From Candidatus Cloacimonadales bacterium (GTDB lineage Bacteria > Cloacimonadota > Cloacimonadia > Cloacimonadales > JAFGVF01): DNA of 64,000 nucleotides. The stretch's first letter is position 1. Every line of letters begins with the position of its first letter. This document shows, piece after piece, positions 1 to 11,122 of this stretch. The translations under genes were made by a program, and so were the position numbers. The notes under the pieces were generated by a model. That model saw nothing but the letters and a program-made list of their open reading frames with translations. It had not been told where the DNA came from and did no database searches. The stretch is from positions 576,001 through 640,000 of the forward strand of contig CAXXJV010000001.1 of assembly GCA_963663475.2 (NCBI GenBank), given 5' to 3'.

Positions 1-463
1 ATTCTAAGAGCTGAGGCATAATTTCCTCATTAGAGTTATTATCTATGGAGAAATCTTTTATTCTTAAGTAAGGAGCAATCATACTTTTAAAAATATTACT
101 AGTAAAAGAATCTATAGTAGATACTTGCAAGAGGTCTTTTCTTTGAAGAATTTCTTTAAGAAGCTTATCCTTGATATATTCTCTATCATTGCTTTGCCAT
201 TTATAACCACTTATTTTTTCTAAATTAGTGATAATTGTTGGAGCATCTTTACCTTGATCTGCTATTTCTTGCAAGAAGTCTAGTATTTTCTCTCTTATTT
301 CAGCAGTAGCTTTTCTGGTAAAAGTCATAACTAAAATCTGACTAAAGTCAAACTCTTCAAAGTCCTTGTATTTTAACAAAAGAGAAATAAACTCTAGTGA
401 TAATCGATAGGTCTTACCTGTTCCTGCTGAAGCCATAATAACTTTTTTAACTATATGTTCCAT
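1..463 (-). CDS. addA: AddA/UvrD-family ATP-dependent helicase-nuclease, 5' part (runs off the window edge)
   Basis: Not in the ORF track. Manual translation from ATG at 463 gives MEHIVKKVIMASAGTGKTYRL...QILVMTFTRKATAEIREKI...VSTIDSF (UvrD motifs I and Ia). It starts 2 nt after the addB-like stop. Confidence 0.85.
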   Translation of the reverse strand, partial: MEHIVKKVIMASAGTGKTYRLSLEFISLLLKYKDFEEFDFSQILVMTFTRKATAEIREKILDFLQEIADQGKDAPTIITNLEKISGYKWQSNDREYIKDKLLKEILQRKDLLQVSTIDSFTSNIFKSMIAPYLRIKDFSIDNNSNEEIMPQLLE

Positions 464-465
464 GC

Positions 466-3228
466 TTATCTCCTTAAAGCCAAATCTGCTCGGGTTATTT
501 TACTATAGCTTCCAGCCTTGCTAACCGCAGGGGGTAGAGAGAAACCAATGCAAGCTATTTCATTTAAAACTTGAATAACCTTATCTTTCAATTTAGAAAT
601 AGTCTGATTAGCATCTTTAGTTTGAGCTTTCCAGTCCCTTTTTAATATTTGATAAATGCCAGCTTTAACTTCTTTGCCCAAGTCAATATCATCCCAATAA
701 TAGATATATTGATAGAGGGCTAATTGATCAGGTGAATATGAACCTGTTTTAAAATCAATAACATATTTGCTTTCATCCTCTTTATTCTCAATCCTTAAAT
801 CAGCATCACCAGTAACAGAAATACCCAGTTTATAATCATTTTCATCTTCAGTAATAAAAGGCTTATATTTTCTTTTTTTATCTGGAGAAAAGCCTTCTTC
901 TGGTATCAGGTCTATTTGTTTTTCAGAAAGACTCAGTCTATAATGCATGACTATTTTAAAAAAGTAAGCCATACCATCAACTAAAGCAGTTTTCAAAATC
1001 TTATCTAAGAAATCATAAGAATAGTTATGCGGAATATAATAATCTTTAGCTGAGTATGTAGCTAAGAAAGAATTGAATATTTCTGTTAATCTTTCTTCAG
1101 ACATAAACTGAAACTTATAAAATACTTTTTGATTTATGAAGTTATCTTTTATCCTTGCAACAATATGATTAACATAATCTTGGGCAAAAACACCAATAAA
1201 GCGATAATCTAAAGCAGGCTCTTCTAGTATTTCTTTTTCCTCTACCCCAGCCCAAGTTCGAATAAGATAGTAAAGAGGATTATCCATAAGAGTTTTTAAC
1301 TTAGTATAGGAAAGCTTTATAGCTGAATTTCCCGAAGTTAACTCCTCAACATTTAATCTTAAACGCCAAAATTCTTGATCTAAAGTAGTTAAAGAATCTT
1401 CTTCATTATTTACAAACATCTCCCTGTAACCCCCGTCTGCCTGCCTATCATCTTTGCTGGTTTTTATCAAGGGCAATTCTTCCAAAAATGAGCTAGTAGA
1501 AATATCATCATCAATACTTTCTATAGCTAAGAAATAAGACTTCTTCGCTGTGAGAACAAGTCTTTGAAAATAATATTTCTCTCTTAATCTAATCTCCTCA
1601 TAGCTTTTCAAATTGAGAATCTGACGTTGCTTTTCATTAAAAAGAAATTGACTCTTTCGTTGGCTAGGAAGCAGTCCTTCTATCATATTAAGAAATACCA
1701 GTGACTCATAGCTGTTATTACGAGTATCTAAAAGAGAATTTATCCTAATTCCTTTTTTATTATCTAAACAAGTATATTTTATTGTTTTTGCTTTTAACCC
1801 ATCACAAAACAACTTAAAAATTATTATATGTTCAGCTTTGGCTGATAGTTTTGACCAGCTAGTAATTAATTTATTGTAGGTATAGGTTTGCAGATTTGCT
1901 AATTCAGTATAAATAAGTTCTTTAATGTTTGAGTATTTTAAGTCTCTAGAAGAACATAGTTTATCTAGGATTATACCTTCTTCTTGGTCTATTAAGTCTG
2001 TTAGACTTCCTATCGATCTAATTTTACTCAACTTGCTTAATAATTTGAATATCTCCTTTAGAGATTTCTTTAATTCTTCTGATACTACTTCCTTACCCAT
2101 CTTCCCTTGGAAATCACAATACAAGACTCCTCTATCTGAGATCCTATACATTTCTTCTATTAAATTATCAGGACTTTTTATAGCGAAGTAATCTAAGAAA
2201 GTTTTATTCAAAAAGGCTCTTATTAATGTATGAAGTGGAATAAAATACTGATTATTATAATAATCAATAGCTTCTATCAATTGCTGAAGAATTCCTAAGA
2301 AAGTGTAAATTTCAGTATTTATAAAATCCTTACTATAAGAAATATCGAATGCCTTTCTAGATAAAATTTTGCCATAGGAACTTTGGTAGAAATCCCTGTC
2401 TATAACCTGCTTAACCTCTTCTTCCTCAACAAGCTTGCAAAGAGAATTCATCATTGTAAATTCATTTCTATCAATAATAAGCTTTAGGTCTGGCTCATGC
2501 TTGCTAATTGCTTGCAAATCACTATAATTGAAGGGTTGAGCATTAAAAGTGTTCTTATCTACAAAAGCTTCAGGAATTTGATATATTAAATAAACTTCTT
2601 TACCACTTTCTTCAAGTTGCTTGATTATTTCCCTCTCTAAAGCTGTATAATAAAACTGATTTACTACATAGACATTTTCATATTCAGAGAAATAATCTAA
2701 GTTAAGTTTATCAACTTGTTTAAGAAATATTTTATCATCTAACTTATTGTCGTCTAGCCATTTTTCATATCTTTTTAATATTTCATAAATTCTTTCATAA
2801 TATTCTATCTGCCAAGGAAAGATATTTGAATTTTCCTCTTCTAATACTCCTATTACCTGGGCAAAATCTAATAGTTCAACAGCTAGTTCATCAAAGAGAG
2901 TAAATATTTTATTAGCCAATTTTATAAAATCAAAGAAATCTGTTACCTTGAAGAAATCCTTATCACCATCTGTTAATAGCTGATATAAGGCTATTACCCG
3001 CTTATCGTCTTCTAAAATAACTCTATCTGTTGGTAAAAGCATATCTGTGAAATCTTCTATAGCTAGATAAAGTCTGTCTTCAAATTGCCATTGATACTGA
3101 CTGTATGCCTGTGCCATATTTGCATTATTCTGAGTTGGAAAAATTATAATAGTCTTCTGCTTTTTATCTACATAATCATCTACTTTTAAGAGATTGTATT
3201 CAAAATCAATGAACTTAAAATTTGGCAT
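466..3228 (-). CDS. addB: AddB-like subunit with C-terminal PD-(D/E)XK nuclease
   Basis: C-terminal GDAD...VIDFKTG...QLALY RecB-type nuclease motifs; adjacent to addA. Start moved to ATG 3228, which follows a GGAGG RBS. Confidence 0.75.
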   Translation of the reverse strand: MPNFKFIDFEYNLLKVDDYVDKKQKTIIIFPTQNNANMAQAYSQYQWQFEDRLYLAIEDFTDMLLPTDRVILEDDKRVIALYQLLTDGDKDFFKVTDFFDFIKLANKIFTLFDELAVELLDFAQVIGVLEEENSNIFPWQIEYYERIYEILKRYEKWLDDNKLDDKIFLKQVDKLNLDYFSEYENVYVVNQFYYTALEREIIKQLEESGKEVYLIYQIPEAFVDKNTFNAQPFNYSDLQAISKHEPDLKLIIDRNEFTMMNSLCKLVEEEEVKQVIDRDFYQSSYGKILSRKAFDISYSKDFINTEIYTFLGILQQLIEAIDYYNNQYFIPLHTLIRAFLNKTFLDYFAIKSPDNLIEEMYRISDRGVLYCDFQGKMGKEVVSEELKKSLKEIFKLLSKLSKIRSIGSLTDLIDQEEGIILDKLCSSRDLKYSNIKELIYTELANLQTYTYNKLITSWSKLSAKAEHIIIFKLFCDGLKAKTIKYTCLDNKKGIRINSLLDTRNNSYESLVFLNMIEGLLPSQRKSQFLFNEKQRQILNLKSYEEIRLREKYYFQRLVLTAKKSYFLAIESIDDDISTSSFLEELPLIKTSKDDRQADGGYREMFVNNEEDSLTTLDQEFWRLRLNVEELTSGNSAIKLSYTKLKTLMDNPLYYLIRTWAGVEEKEILEEPALDYRFIGVFAQDYVNHIVARIKDNFINQKVFYKFQFMSEERLTEIFNSFLATYSAKDYYIPHNYSYDFLDKILKTALVDGMAYFFKIVMHYRLSLSEKQIDLIPEEGFSPDKKRKYKPFITEDENDYKLGISVTGDADLRIENKEDESKYVIDFKTGSYSPDQLALYQYIYYWDDIDLGKEVKAGIYQILKRDWKAQTKDANQTISKLKDKVIQVLNEIACIGFSLPPAVSKAGSYSKITRADLALRR

Positions 3229-3385
3229 ATTTCCTCCTAATGCTTTTTTTACTTGTGATATTTTTTTTGGCAAGTTTATTTTCTTATTATCTGTATTTTT
3301 TTAGACTCAAGCTCAAGTCTAGTGGTAAATAAGAGACTTTCATTATAGCATATTGCTTGAATAATAGAATGTTACAAGTAAGATT

Positions 3386-3550
3386 ATCCCAGATAGTGTA
3401 GTAGAGCTTTAGTGAAGAGTGCAGATTATTCTAGCAAAATAGCTTACAGAATTTTGACGCATATATTTTATATATTCGGAGAAATTATGGAAGCTACTTT
3501 TGCAGAAGAATATAGTGCTATTCACAAAGGTCTACTGCATTATTTGGGAT
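3386..3550 (+). mobile_element. MITE-like element, full-length copy A (165 bp)
   Basis: Imperfect ~35-bp terminal inverted repeats (ATCCCAGATAGTG...CATTATTTGGGAT); aligns end to end with 50281-50445. Confidence 0.7.
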
Positions 3551-3560
3551 TATATGAAGA

Positions 3561-3645
3561 GTGACGGGAGTTGCTCACGGAGTAGCGACTTCCGACACTC
3601 TTCACCCGAAGTCCCTTGCCTACGGCTGAGGAAGTCCGGTCTCCA
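3561..3645. repeat. GC-rich hairpin segment (REP-like or structured RNA)
   Basis: GGGAGTTGCT (3566-3575) pairs with AGCGACTTCC (3584-3593) including G-U pairs; much more GC-rich than the surroundings. Confidence 0.35.
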
Positions 3646-3785
3646 ACAAAAAGCAGGTTCAAGTTCAAGTCTGGTGGGAATAATATAGGAAAATGAGAAT
3701 ATTTCATTACTATATTGATTCATCAAAAATCCCTGACTTGTGGGGCGTAGCCTTAGCGAAGACTCAAAGGGATAAAATAATTAAG

Positions 3786-3859
3786 CCCAGGGTAAGATAC
3801 TGAAAGTATCGCAACCCTGGGTAATGATGGCTAGCCCAAAGATATTACCCTGTAAGGGT
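3786..3859. repeat. Nested REP-like hairpins
   Basis: CCCAGGGT (3786-3793)/ACCCTGGG (3814-3821) encloses GATACT-GAA-AGTATC; a second hairpin ACCCT-GTA-AGGGT lies at 3847-3859. Confidence 0.4.
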
Positions 3860-3885
3860 TTAATAAAAGGATAAATAATGTATTA

Positions 3886-3930
3886 TCCCAAATAATGCAA
3901 TAGTTCTTTGAGAATAGCAGAATATTCTTC
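3886..3930 (-). mobile_element. MITE-family right-end fragment
   Basis: Reverse complement GAAGAATATTCTGCTATTCTCAAAGAACTATTGCATTATTTGGGAT matches the right end of 50281-50445; it abuts the lipoprotein stop codon. Confidence 0.6.
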
Positions 3931-4355
3931 TAGCTATTTAATTTTTCCTTAGCTTTATCAACAACTTCCTCAGTTTTATCTTTAGTGTCTTCAATCATTT
4001 CTTCAGTTTTATCTTCAGCTTCGTCTAGCATATCTTCTGCCTTATCTTCGGCTTCTTCAAGCATATTTTCAGTAGACTCTTTAATTTCTTCTTTTTTCTC
4101 TTCAAGTTTTGAGATAAGATTCTCGATTTTTTCAGCTTCTTGTTCACCGATTTCTTCTGATTCTAACTCATTTTGCATCTTATCAATCTGATCATTGATA
4201 GCTTCAACATCATCCTGAGTAATTTTTGCGTCTTCTAACCATTCTGATACCTTATTTTCATAGTCTGTAATCTTATCATCCAATGATTCATCCTTACTAC
4301 ATCCTGTAAGGGCTAATAACAAGACTAGTATTATGCCTATTACATAAATTTTCAT
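3930..4355 (-). CDS. Acidic coiled-coil lipoprotein
   Basis: Lipobox LTGC after a hydrophobic signal; 11-aa periodic (A/T)EDK(A/T)E(D/E)M(L/I) repeats; AAGGAG RBS. Confidence 0.8.
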   Translation of the reverse strand: MKIYVIGIILVLLLALTGCSKDESLDDKITDYENKVSEWLEDAKITQDDVEAINDQIDKMQNELESEEIGEQEAEKIENLISKLEEKKEEIKESTENMLEEAEDKAEDMLDEAEDKTEEMIEDTKDKTEEVVDKAKEKLNS

Positions 4356-4664
4356 TGATTTTTCTCCTTTTTTTTACTTTGATATAAGTTTTTTTTTACA
4401 TCCTTGTTTTTTCAATTTTTATAATTTACCCTTAAATAATAATCATTTAGGAAAATTTAGCAAATATTTTTTAATATGAATGATATCATAGTATCACTTT
4501 TTGTAATAACTATCATATATTATTGTTTATGAGAAAATATGAAATCTCAGATATCAATGAATATAACTTTTCAAAAAGTAAAGATTTATCAATATTTTTA
4601 AAGAATGATGCAGTATTTGAGTTGTTAGACATTTTAATACTATTTTGCCTATTCCACCCCTTAC

Positions 4665-4723
4665 CCTTCCTTTACAGTCTTTCGATGAAACCTGGACTTT
4701 CATCGAAAGACTGTAAAGGAAGG
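4665..4723. repeat. 59-bp palindromic repeat, copy 1
   Basis: Perfect 26-bp inverted repeat CCTTCCTTTACAGTCTTTCGATGAAA with 7-nt loop CCTGGAC; identical arms at 20237 and 37231. Confidence 0.9.
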
Positions 4724-4902
4724 ATGAAGGATGGTATAAGAAAACCTGTTACGAAAATAAGTGGAAAATAAATATCATTTCATAGTTAAACATAGACTAA
4801 TTGTTAAAAAAATAATAATTTTATTTGTTTACGATGAGAATAGTATTATTTTATTAATATTAGTATTTAAAAATTATATAATTAGAAAGAAGGACATCTA
4901 TT

Positions 4903-7188
4903 ATGAAAAAAATTTTAATTACCCTTTCCTTATTATTTATTGTTATACATAATGTTTTTGCAGGTCAGTTTGACTTTTCTGAACAAATTATTTCTTATAA
5001 GCTTGAGACAAAAGCACTTTCAATAGATAATAGATTCAGTCCAGACTATGATTTTGCTATTGAACCAGTTACTATAGGTAATAATTATTATGATTTTTTC
5101 CCAGGTTCTTATAATGAAAAACCATTACAGAAAATTCAAACCCCAACTTTTGAAGGTAACTGGCTACTTTATCATTCTAAACCTGCTATTGATTTAACAA
5201 GGCGAATTTATAAAGCACTAATTGATCATAACGGAAATGTGGTATCTAGAGTTTTTATTGATTATTCTGATAAGTGGCAAGGCTTTCCCTCTGTGGATTT
5301 AACTTCTGAGGGAAGACCTCTATATGCTTACCACACAAACCTTGATACCTTAGCAGGTCCTGAATTAGAAGTTGGCTTTAGTTTTGATCCAATGGATAAC
5401 AGTGTACTTGACCCAAATATTCCAATTTACCCTATTATCGAAAATCCTCGTTACGAAAAAATTAATGGAAGAGTTTATACAGATAATCAATATATCTGGC
5501 CTAGTGTGCAAGTTGGTAATTCACCACTACCTGGTCACCAAAGAGTCTATATATTAGGGAGAAATTCCCAAATACACTCCCTCTCAGTCTCTGAAAATGT
5601 TATTATCTACTATAAAGATTTTACCGAAGATGAAATTGAAGACTTTTCTTTTAATGGCTCTGATTGGTCTTTTACAACCATACCTCAACTTGATGCTTGG
5701 CATGTTTCTCAAGATGAATGGAGAAGACCTTTTATGTCCTTCCTAGCTTATGAAGATAAAATTTACTACATAGGTTATCACCAAGCATTTTCAGGCGTAG
5801 AACCTGGGGATGTCCCCCTTGATGAGCCTTGCTTAACTGCCTTTGTATGTGATAATTATGGCCAAGGAGAATGGACTCAATTTTCAACTTATGGCAAATT
5901 TGCTTCAATGCTAGCAAGGCATATTGATCCAGCCACTGGTAATTTCTTAGATCCTCAACCACCAACTTTTCCTGATGATTTAGAAGATTCTGATTTTAGT
6001 AATAGCCTGGGTGTTTGTCCTCATTTTTCAGCTGCTATTGATTCTGAGGGAAGAATACATTTCCCTGCATTCTATACTCTTAATGGCAATGGTGGTCATT
6101 TTTATCAAAACTTACATACTGTTAAAAATATTACTTTTGATACCAATAGCTTAGAATGGTCTCTGGCAGAAGTTTATCCCCAGCAAGAAAATGGTTCTGA
6201 GCCCTTTATTCCTAATGATCCAATTGATATTACTCAATATGATAGTACTATTAAGTATCCCAAAGACCTCCTATGGCAATGGTGGGATAAGGATGGTGAT
6301 GGACTCTATGACGAGGTTCTTGATGATGGTACTTGGGATGGAATTGATGATGGGGTTAGTCCACAAGATATAGATTTATGGGGTAAGCCTATTTTAACTA
6401 CAATTTGGCCTTATATGCATTGGGACGCAAGTGCAGCATATAATTCTATGAACTTCACTCTACATACAGCACAAATCACTAATGGTAATGACCAAGGGAT
6501 GATGGCTATGGTTTGGCAAGATGCCCAGAAGGCTCAATTCGCTAATCTCAATTATGAAAACTATCCTCAATATAGTCCCTATCTAAACATGTGTGAAATT
6601 GTTATTTCAGTTTCAGCGGATAATGGACGTCATTGGTCACAACCAATCTTCTTAAATGGTATAGATAATCCAGAAATGTTGGATGAGATACCAGAATTCC
6701 CTTACCTTGGCTCAGAAATTGATTACCTAGGACAAGATGAAATGGGCAACCCTATTGGACGTCTTCACCTTGTCTATTTAGATGATGATACTTTTGGATC
6801 ATCTGTACAAGGTATTGGCCAATCTACAGGTGGCCAGATGAAATATTTAGCTCTTGATGTTACTTTCAATGGACCAGCCTTAGATAATATTAACAATGAT
6901 GTGCTTGCTCAGACAAGTATTTTAAAACAAAACTATCCAAATCCTTTTAATCCTACTACAACTATTAGTTATAATGTAACTAAGGCAGGTAATGTTAAAC
7001 TTAATGTTTATAACATGAAAGGTCAATTAGTCAAATGTCTTGTTAATTCTAAACAAAATGTAGGTATCCATGATATTGCCTGGAATGGCAGAAATAAGTT
7101 TGGTGAAGAAGTTTCTTCAGGAATCTATCTTTATAAAATTGAGAATGCAGGAAAAGCTGAAGTTAAGAAAATGGTATTAATGAAATAG
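4903..7188 (+). CDS. Secreted protein with C-terminal FlgD-Ig/Por-secretion-tail-like domain
   Basis: Signal peptide; DxDGDGxYD Ca-binding-like motif; Asp-box-like SADNGRHW; C-terminus QNYPNPFNPTTTISY...VYNMKGQLVK...SSGIYLYKI...KKMVLMK. Confidence 0.8.
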   Translation: MKKILITLSLLFIVIHNVFAGQFDFSEQIISYKLETKALSIDNRFSPDYDFAIEPVTIGNNYYDFFPGSYNEKPLQKIQTPTFEGNWLLYHSKPAIDLTRRIYKALIDHNGNVVSRVFIDYSDKWQGFPSVDLTSEGRPLYAYHTNLDTLAGPELEVGFSFDPMDNSVLDPNIPIYPIIENPRYEKINGRVYTDNQYIWPSVQVGNSPLPGHQRVYILGRNSQIHSLSVSENVIIYYKDFTEDEIEDFSFNGSDWSFTTIPQLDAWHVSQDEWRRPFMSFLAYEDKIYYIGYHQAFSGVEPGDVPLDEPCLTAFVCDNYGQGEWTQFSTYGKFASMLARHIDPATGNFLDPQPPTFPDDLEDSDFSNSLGVCPHFSAAIDSEGRIHFPAFYTLNGNGGHFYQNLHTVKNITFDTNSLEWSLAEVYPQQENGSEPFIPNDPIDITQYDSTIKYPKDLLWQWWDKDGDGLYDEVLDDGTWDGIDDGVSPQDIDLWGKPILTTIWPYMHWDASAAYNSMNFTLHTAQITNGNDQGMMAMVWQDAQKAQFANLNYENYPQYSPYLNMCEIVISVSADNGRHWSQPIFLNGIDNPEMLDEIPEFPYLGSEIDYLGQDEMGNPIGRLHLVYLDDDTFGSSVQGIGQSTGGQMKYLALDVTFNGPALDNINNDVLAQTSILKQNYPNPFNPTTTISYNVTKAGNVKLNVYNMKGQLVKCLVNSKQNVGIHDIAWNGRNKFGEEVSSGIYLYKIENAGKAEVKKMVLMK

Positions 7189-7266
7189 TATCTTGCTTAA
7201 CCAGAAAAAAAAAAATGAAAATCTACAAGCCGAATGCCTGGTAAAAAGGCAGAATGTTTAAAAAAT

Positions 7267-7294
7267 AAACAGGGTTTCCTAGGAAACCCTGTTT
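7267..7294. terminator. Bidirectional intrinsic terminator
   Basis: Perfect 28-bp palindrome AAACAGGGTTTCCTAGGAAACCCTGTTT between convergent genes. Confidence 0.8.
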
Positions 7295-7311
7295 TAGTTT
7301 ATGTTGTTTAT

Positions 7312-8628
<1,317 letters not shown>

Positions 8629-9579
8629 TTAACTTGGGTTAACACCAAAAATTTCTTTCATAGTTTTTACTGAACCCAGCATTGCGGTTGCTTCATAAGG
8701 TATAACAACTGTTTTATCACCTTGTTTAACAATCTGTTGAAATGCTTCAATATATTTTAATGCTATCTGATATTGAGCTGGATCCATAGATGTTTGCTTC
8801 ATAGCTTGAGCAATTAAATCAATTGATTTCTTTTCTGCTTCAGCAACTAATAATCTTGCTTCAGCTTTACCTTCAGCTTCTAAAATCTTAGATTTTTTAC
8901 TACCTTCTGCCACCATAATTGCAGACTCTCTTTCACCATCAGCTTGGAGAATCTTAGCCCTTCTATCTCTTTCAGCTCTCATCTGCTTTTCCATAGCAGC
9001 TTTGATTTCCTGAGGTGGGTCAATATCCTGTAATTCAACACGATTAACTTTCACTCCCCACTTATCAGTAGCTTCGTCAAGAATCATGCGTAACTTACTA
9101 TTTACAGTGTCTCTAGATGTCAAGGTTTTATCTAAATCTAATTCACCAATAACATTACGAAGGGTTGTTTGGGTAAGCTTTTCAATAGCTTGTGGAAGAT
9201 TTCTAATTTCATAGGTAGCCTTATAAGGATCAGTGATTTGGAAATATAAAAGAGCATTAATATTTATAGTTACATTATCACTTGTGATAACATTTTGACG
9301 TGGGAAATCGTAAACAGTCTCCCTTAAATCAATTCTATGCTCTGTTTTTTCTGAAATATATGTTGCTCCCTTAAAATCTGTTTTGATATTTCTCCAAGTA
9401 ATAGGCCTTTTTTGATCCAAAATTGGCACAATTAGATGTAAACCACTTTGCAGAGTTCTACTATATGTCCCGAGTCTCTCTATTATAACTACCTCTGCTT
9501 GTCTAACAACTATGATGCCTTTTGCAATAATGATTATGATTAACACTACTATTACTGCTACTGCAAATAATGCTTCCAT
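8629..9579 (-). CDS. SPFH/band 7 (stomatin/QmcA-like) protein
   Basis: N-terminal TM helix; IERLG, LRNVIGEL, WGVKVNRVE, MEKQMRAER motifs. Confidence 0.92.
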   Translation of the reverse strand: MEALFAVAVIVVLIIIIIAKGIIVVRQAEVVIIERLGTYSRTLQSGLHLIVPILDQKRPITWRNIKTDFKGATYISEKTEHRIDLRETVYDFPRQNVITSDNVTININALLYFQITDPYKATYEIRNLPQAIEKLTQTTLRNVIGELDLDKTLTSRDTVNSKLRMILDEATDKWGVKVNRVELQDIDPPQEIKAAMEKQMRAERDRRAKILQADGERESAIMVAEGSKKSKILEAEGKAEARLLVAEAEKKSIDLIAQAMKQTSMDPAQYQIALKYIEAFQQIVKQGDKTVVIPYEATAMLGSVKTMKEIFGVNPS

Positions 9580-9590
9580 TGCTTCCTCCT

Positions 9591-10022
9591 TTAAATTTTC
9601 CTGACAATTAGTTTATTACCATCTATGGAAAGAACTTCAATCTTCTCTCCATTATCTGCTTGAGAACCATCTTCGAGTAAAGCAGACCAAATTTCTCCAC
9701 CGACTTTTACTTCTCCTCTTCCATCTTGAGGAATTGGACTGATAACAAGACCTTTTTTCCCCACAAGTGCATATACATTTGTTTCTATCTTATTCTTCTT
9801 TAGAAGCTTCTCATATACCTTTCGCATTAAAAGAAATACGACAAAACTTACTATACCAAAAATCAATATCTGTAACCAGACTGGTGCCCCTAAAGTTGAG
9901 ATCGGACTAGTTACTAATCCTCCTATACCCAAGCTTATAAAAAAAACAGCTGGATCAAAAATCTCAATTATAATGCATAATACTCCAATTATTAACCAGA
10001 TTAACCAAGCATCTAAAACCAT
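9591..10022 (-). CDS. NfeD-like short protein, partner of SPFH
   Basis: TM helices plus OB-fold (LVGKKG...GEVKVGGEIWSA); upstream of the SPFH gene; start at ATG 10022 after GGAG. Confidence 0.88.
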   Translation of the reverse strand: MVLDAWLIWLIIGVLCIIIEIFDPAVFFISLGIGGLVTSPISTLGAPVWLQILIFGIVSFVVFLLMRKVYEKLLKKNKIETNVYALVGKKGLVISPIPQDGRGEVKVGGEIWSALLEDGSQADNGEKIEVLSIDGNKLIVRKI

Positions 10023-10082
10023 ACTTACTCCTTTTAAAATAATAACCGACATTAGCCGGTTATTATTAAAGTTTATGTGTTA

Positions 10083-10997
10083 CTATTTGTCTGACGGCTT
10101 ATCTCCGTCTCCCTTATCTTTATCTTTATAGACACGTTTAACATGCCTTTTTCTGCCATAATTATAGCCATAACCATTATAGTTACCATACTTAGATCCC
10201 TTACTATAATAGTTACCATAGAGCTGACTAGTTTGAGTTCCTACAACTCCAAGAACTCTAAAAATCAACCTAGAACCAAGTACAATCAATGGTACTGCTA
10301 AGGCTAATATACCGAATGCTATAATAAAATGCTTTGCTAAGCCTGCCACATACTCTGCAGAATCAACACTCTTCTTGAAACTTTCGGAAAAAGCAATCAA
10401 GTAAAGATCATATTCTTTGTTCTGTAAAGAGTACTTCAAACTATTAATCCTGTTAATTTGCATATTAGTATCATCAATATCTTGAGAATATCCTTTGATA
10501 TTCGGATTATCTCTTCTTAATTGTTCAAGAACCTTTATCTTTTCTTGAAGAACAACTAAACTATCATTATAGGCTTCAATAGTTCCCGCACTTAAAGCAG
10601 TTGAGTAGTCACTAGAAAATTTTATCAGATTTGCTTTAGATTTAACTTTGTTGTTAAACTCTTTGGTTTCACTAACTGGAACTCTTACCATATATTCATA
10701 TTTAGATAGAATTGAACCACGATGTTTTTCTACATAATTAGATAAAAATCCTAAAGAATCTGCTATACTGTCAAAATTCTTAACTTCTAAGGCCATTTGG
10801 AAAACTGCATTATAATTAGATCTTTTGGATTTATCCCACCTGTAAAGAAGTTCATCTTGAAGATTAGCTGTTGATTTAGCACCTCTGGATTCTGGTGTTG
10901 CAAATGGTAGTCCTTCTCTTCTAAATGCCCAAGCTAAGGCTAGTAAAACCATAAAAATTAATATTATTCTTGTATTCCTATAACTTTTTCTACTCAC
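10083..10997 (-). CDS. Hypothetical membrane protein (DUF4349-like architecture)
   Basis: N-terminal TM, coiled coil, C-terminal TM and Tyr/Gly/Asn-rich basic tail; GTG start after AAGGAG. Confidence 0.65.
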   Translation of the reverse strand: MSRKSYRNTRIILIFMVLLALAWAFRREGLPFATPESRGAKSTANLQDELLYRWDKSKRSNYNAVFQMALEVKNFDSIADSLGFLSNYVEKHRGSILSKYEYMVRVPVSETKEFNNKVKSKANLIKFSSDYSTALSAGTIEAYNDSLVVLQEKIKVLEQLRRDNPNIKGYSQDIDDTNMQINRINSLKYSLQNKEYDLYLIAFSESFKKSVDSAEYVAGLAKHFIIAFGILALAVPLIVLGSRLIFRVLGVVGTQTSQLYGNYYSKGSKYGNYNGYGYNYGRKRHVKRVYKDKDKGDGDKPSDK

Positions 10998-11122
10998 ATC
11001 TACTCCTTCTCATTTAACATAATATAAGCATAAACAACTCTATTAGATAAAGTAAAATTTGTCAATCACATTTTAATATATTTATCTTAAGTTAATTATT
11101 TTTAGGTTAAAATATGTTAGTT

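Noticed and set aside
3500-3688. 62-aa ORF
   Set aside because: Made of MITE and hairpin sequence; no RBS.
4523-4952. ORFs 4523-4771 and 4761-4952
   Set aside because: The first runs through the palindromic repeat and the second through AT-rich promoter DNA; neither has a clear RBS or protein-like features.
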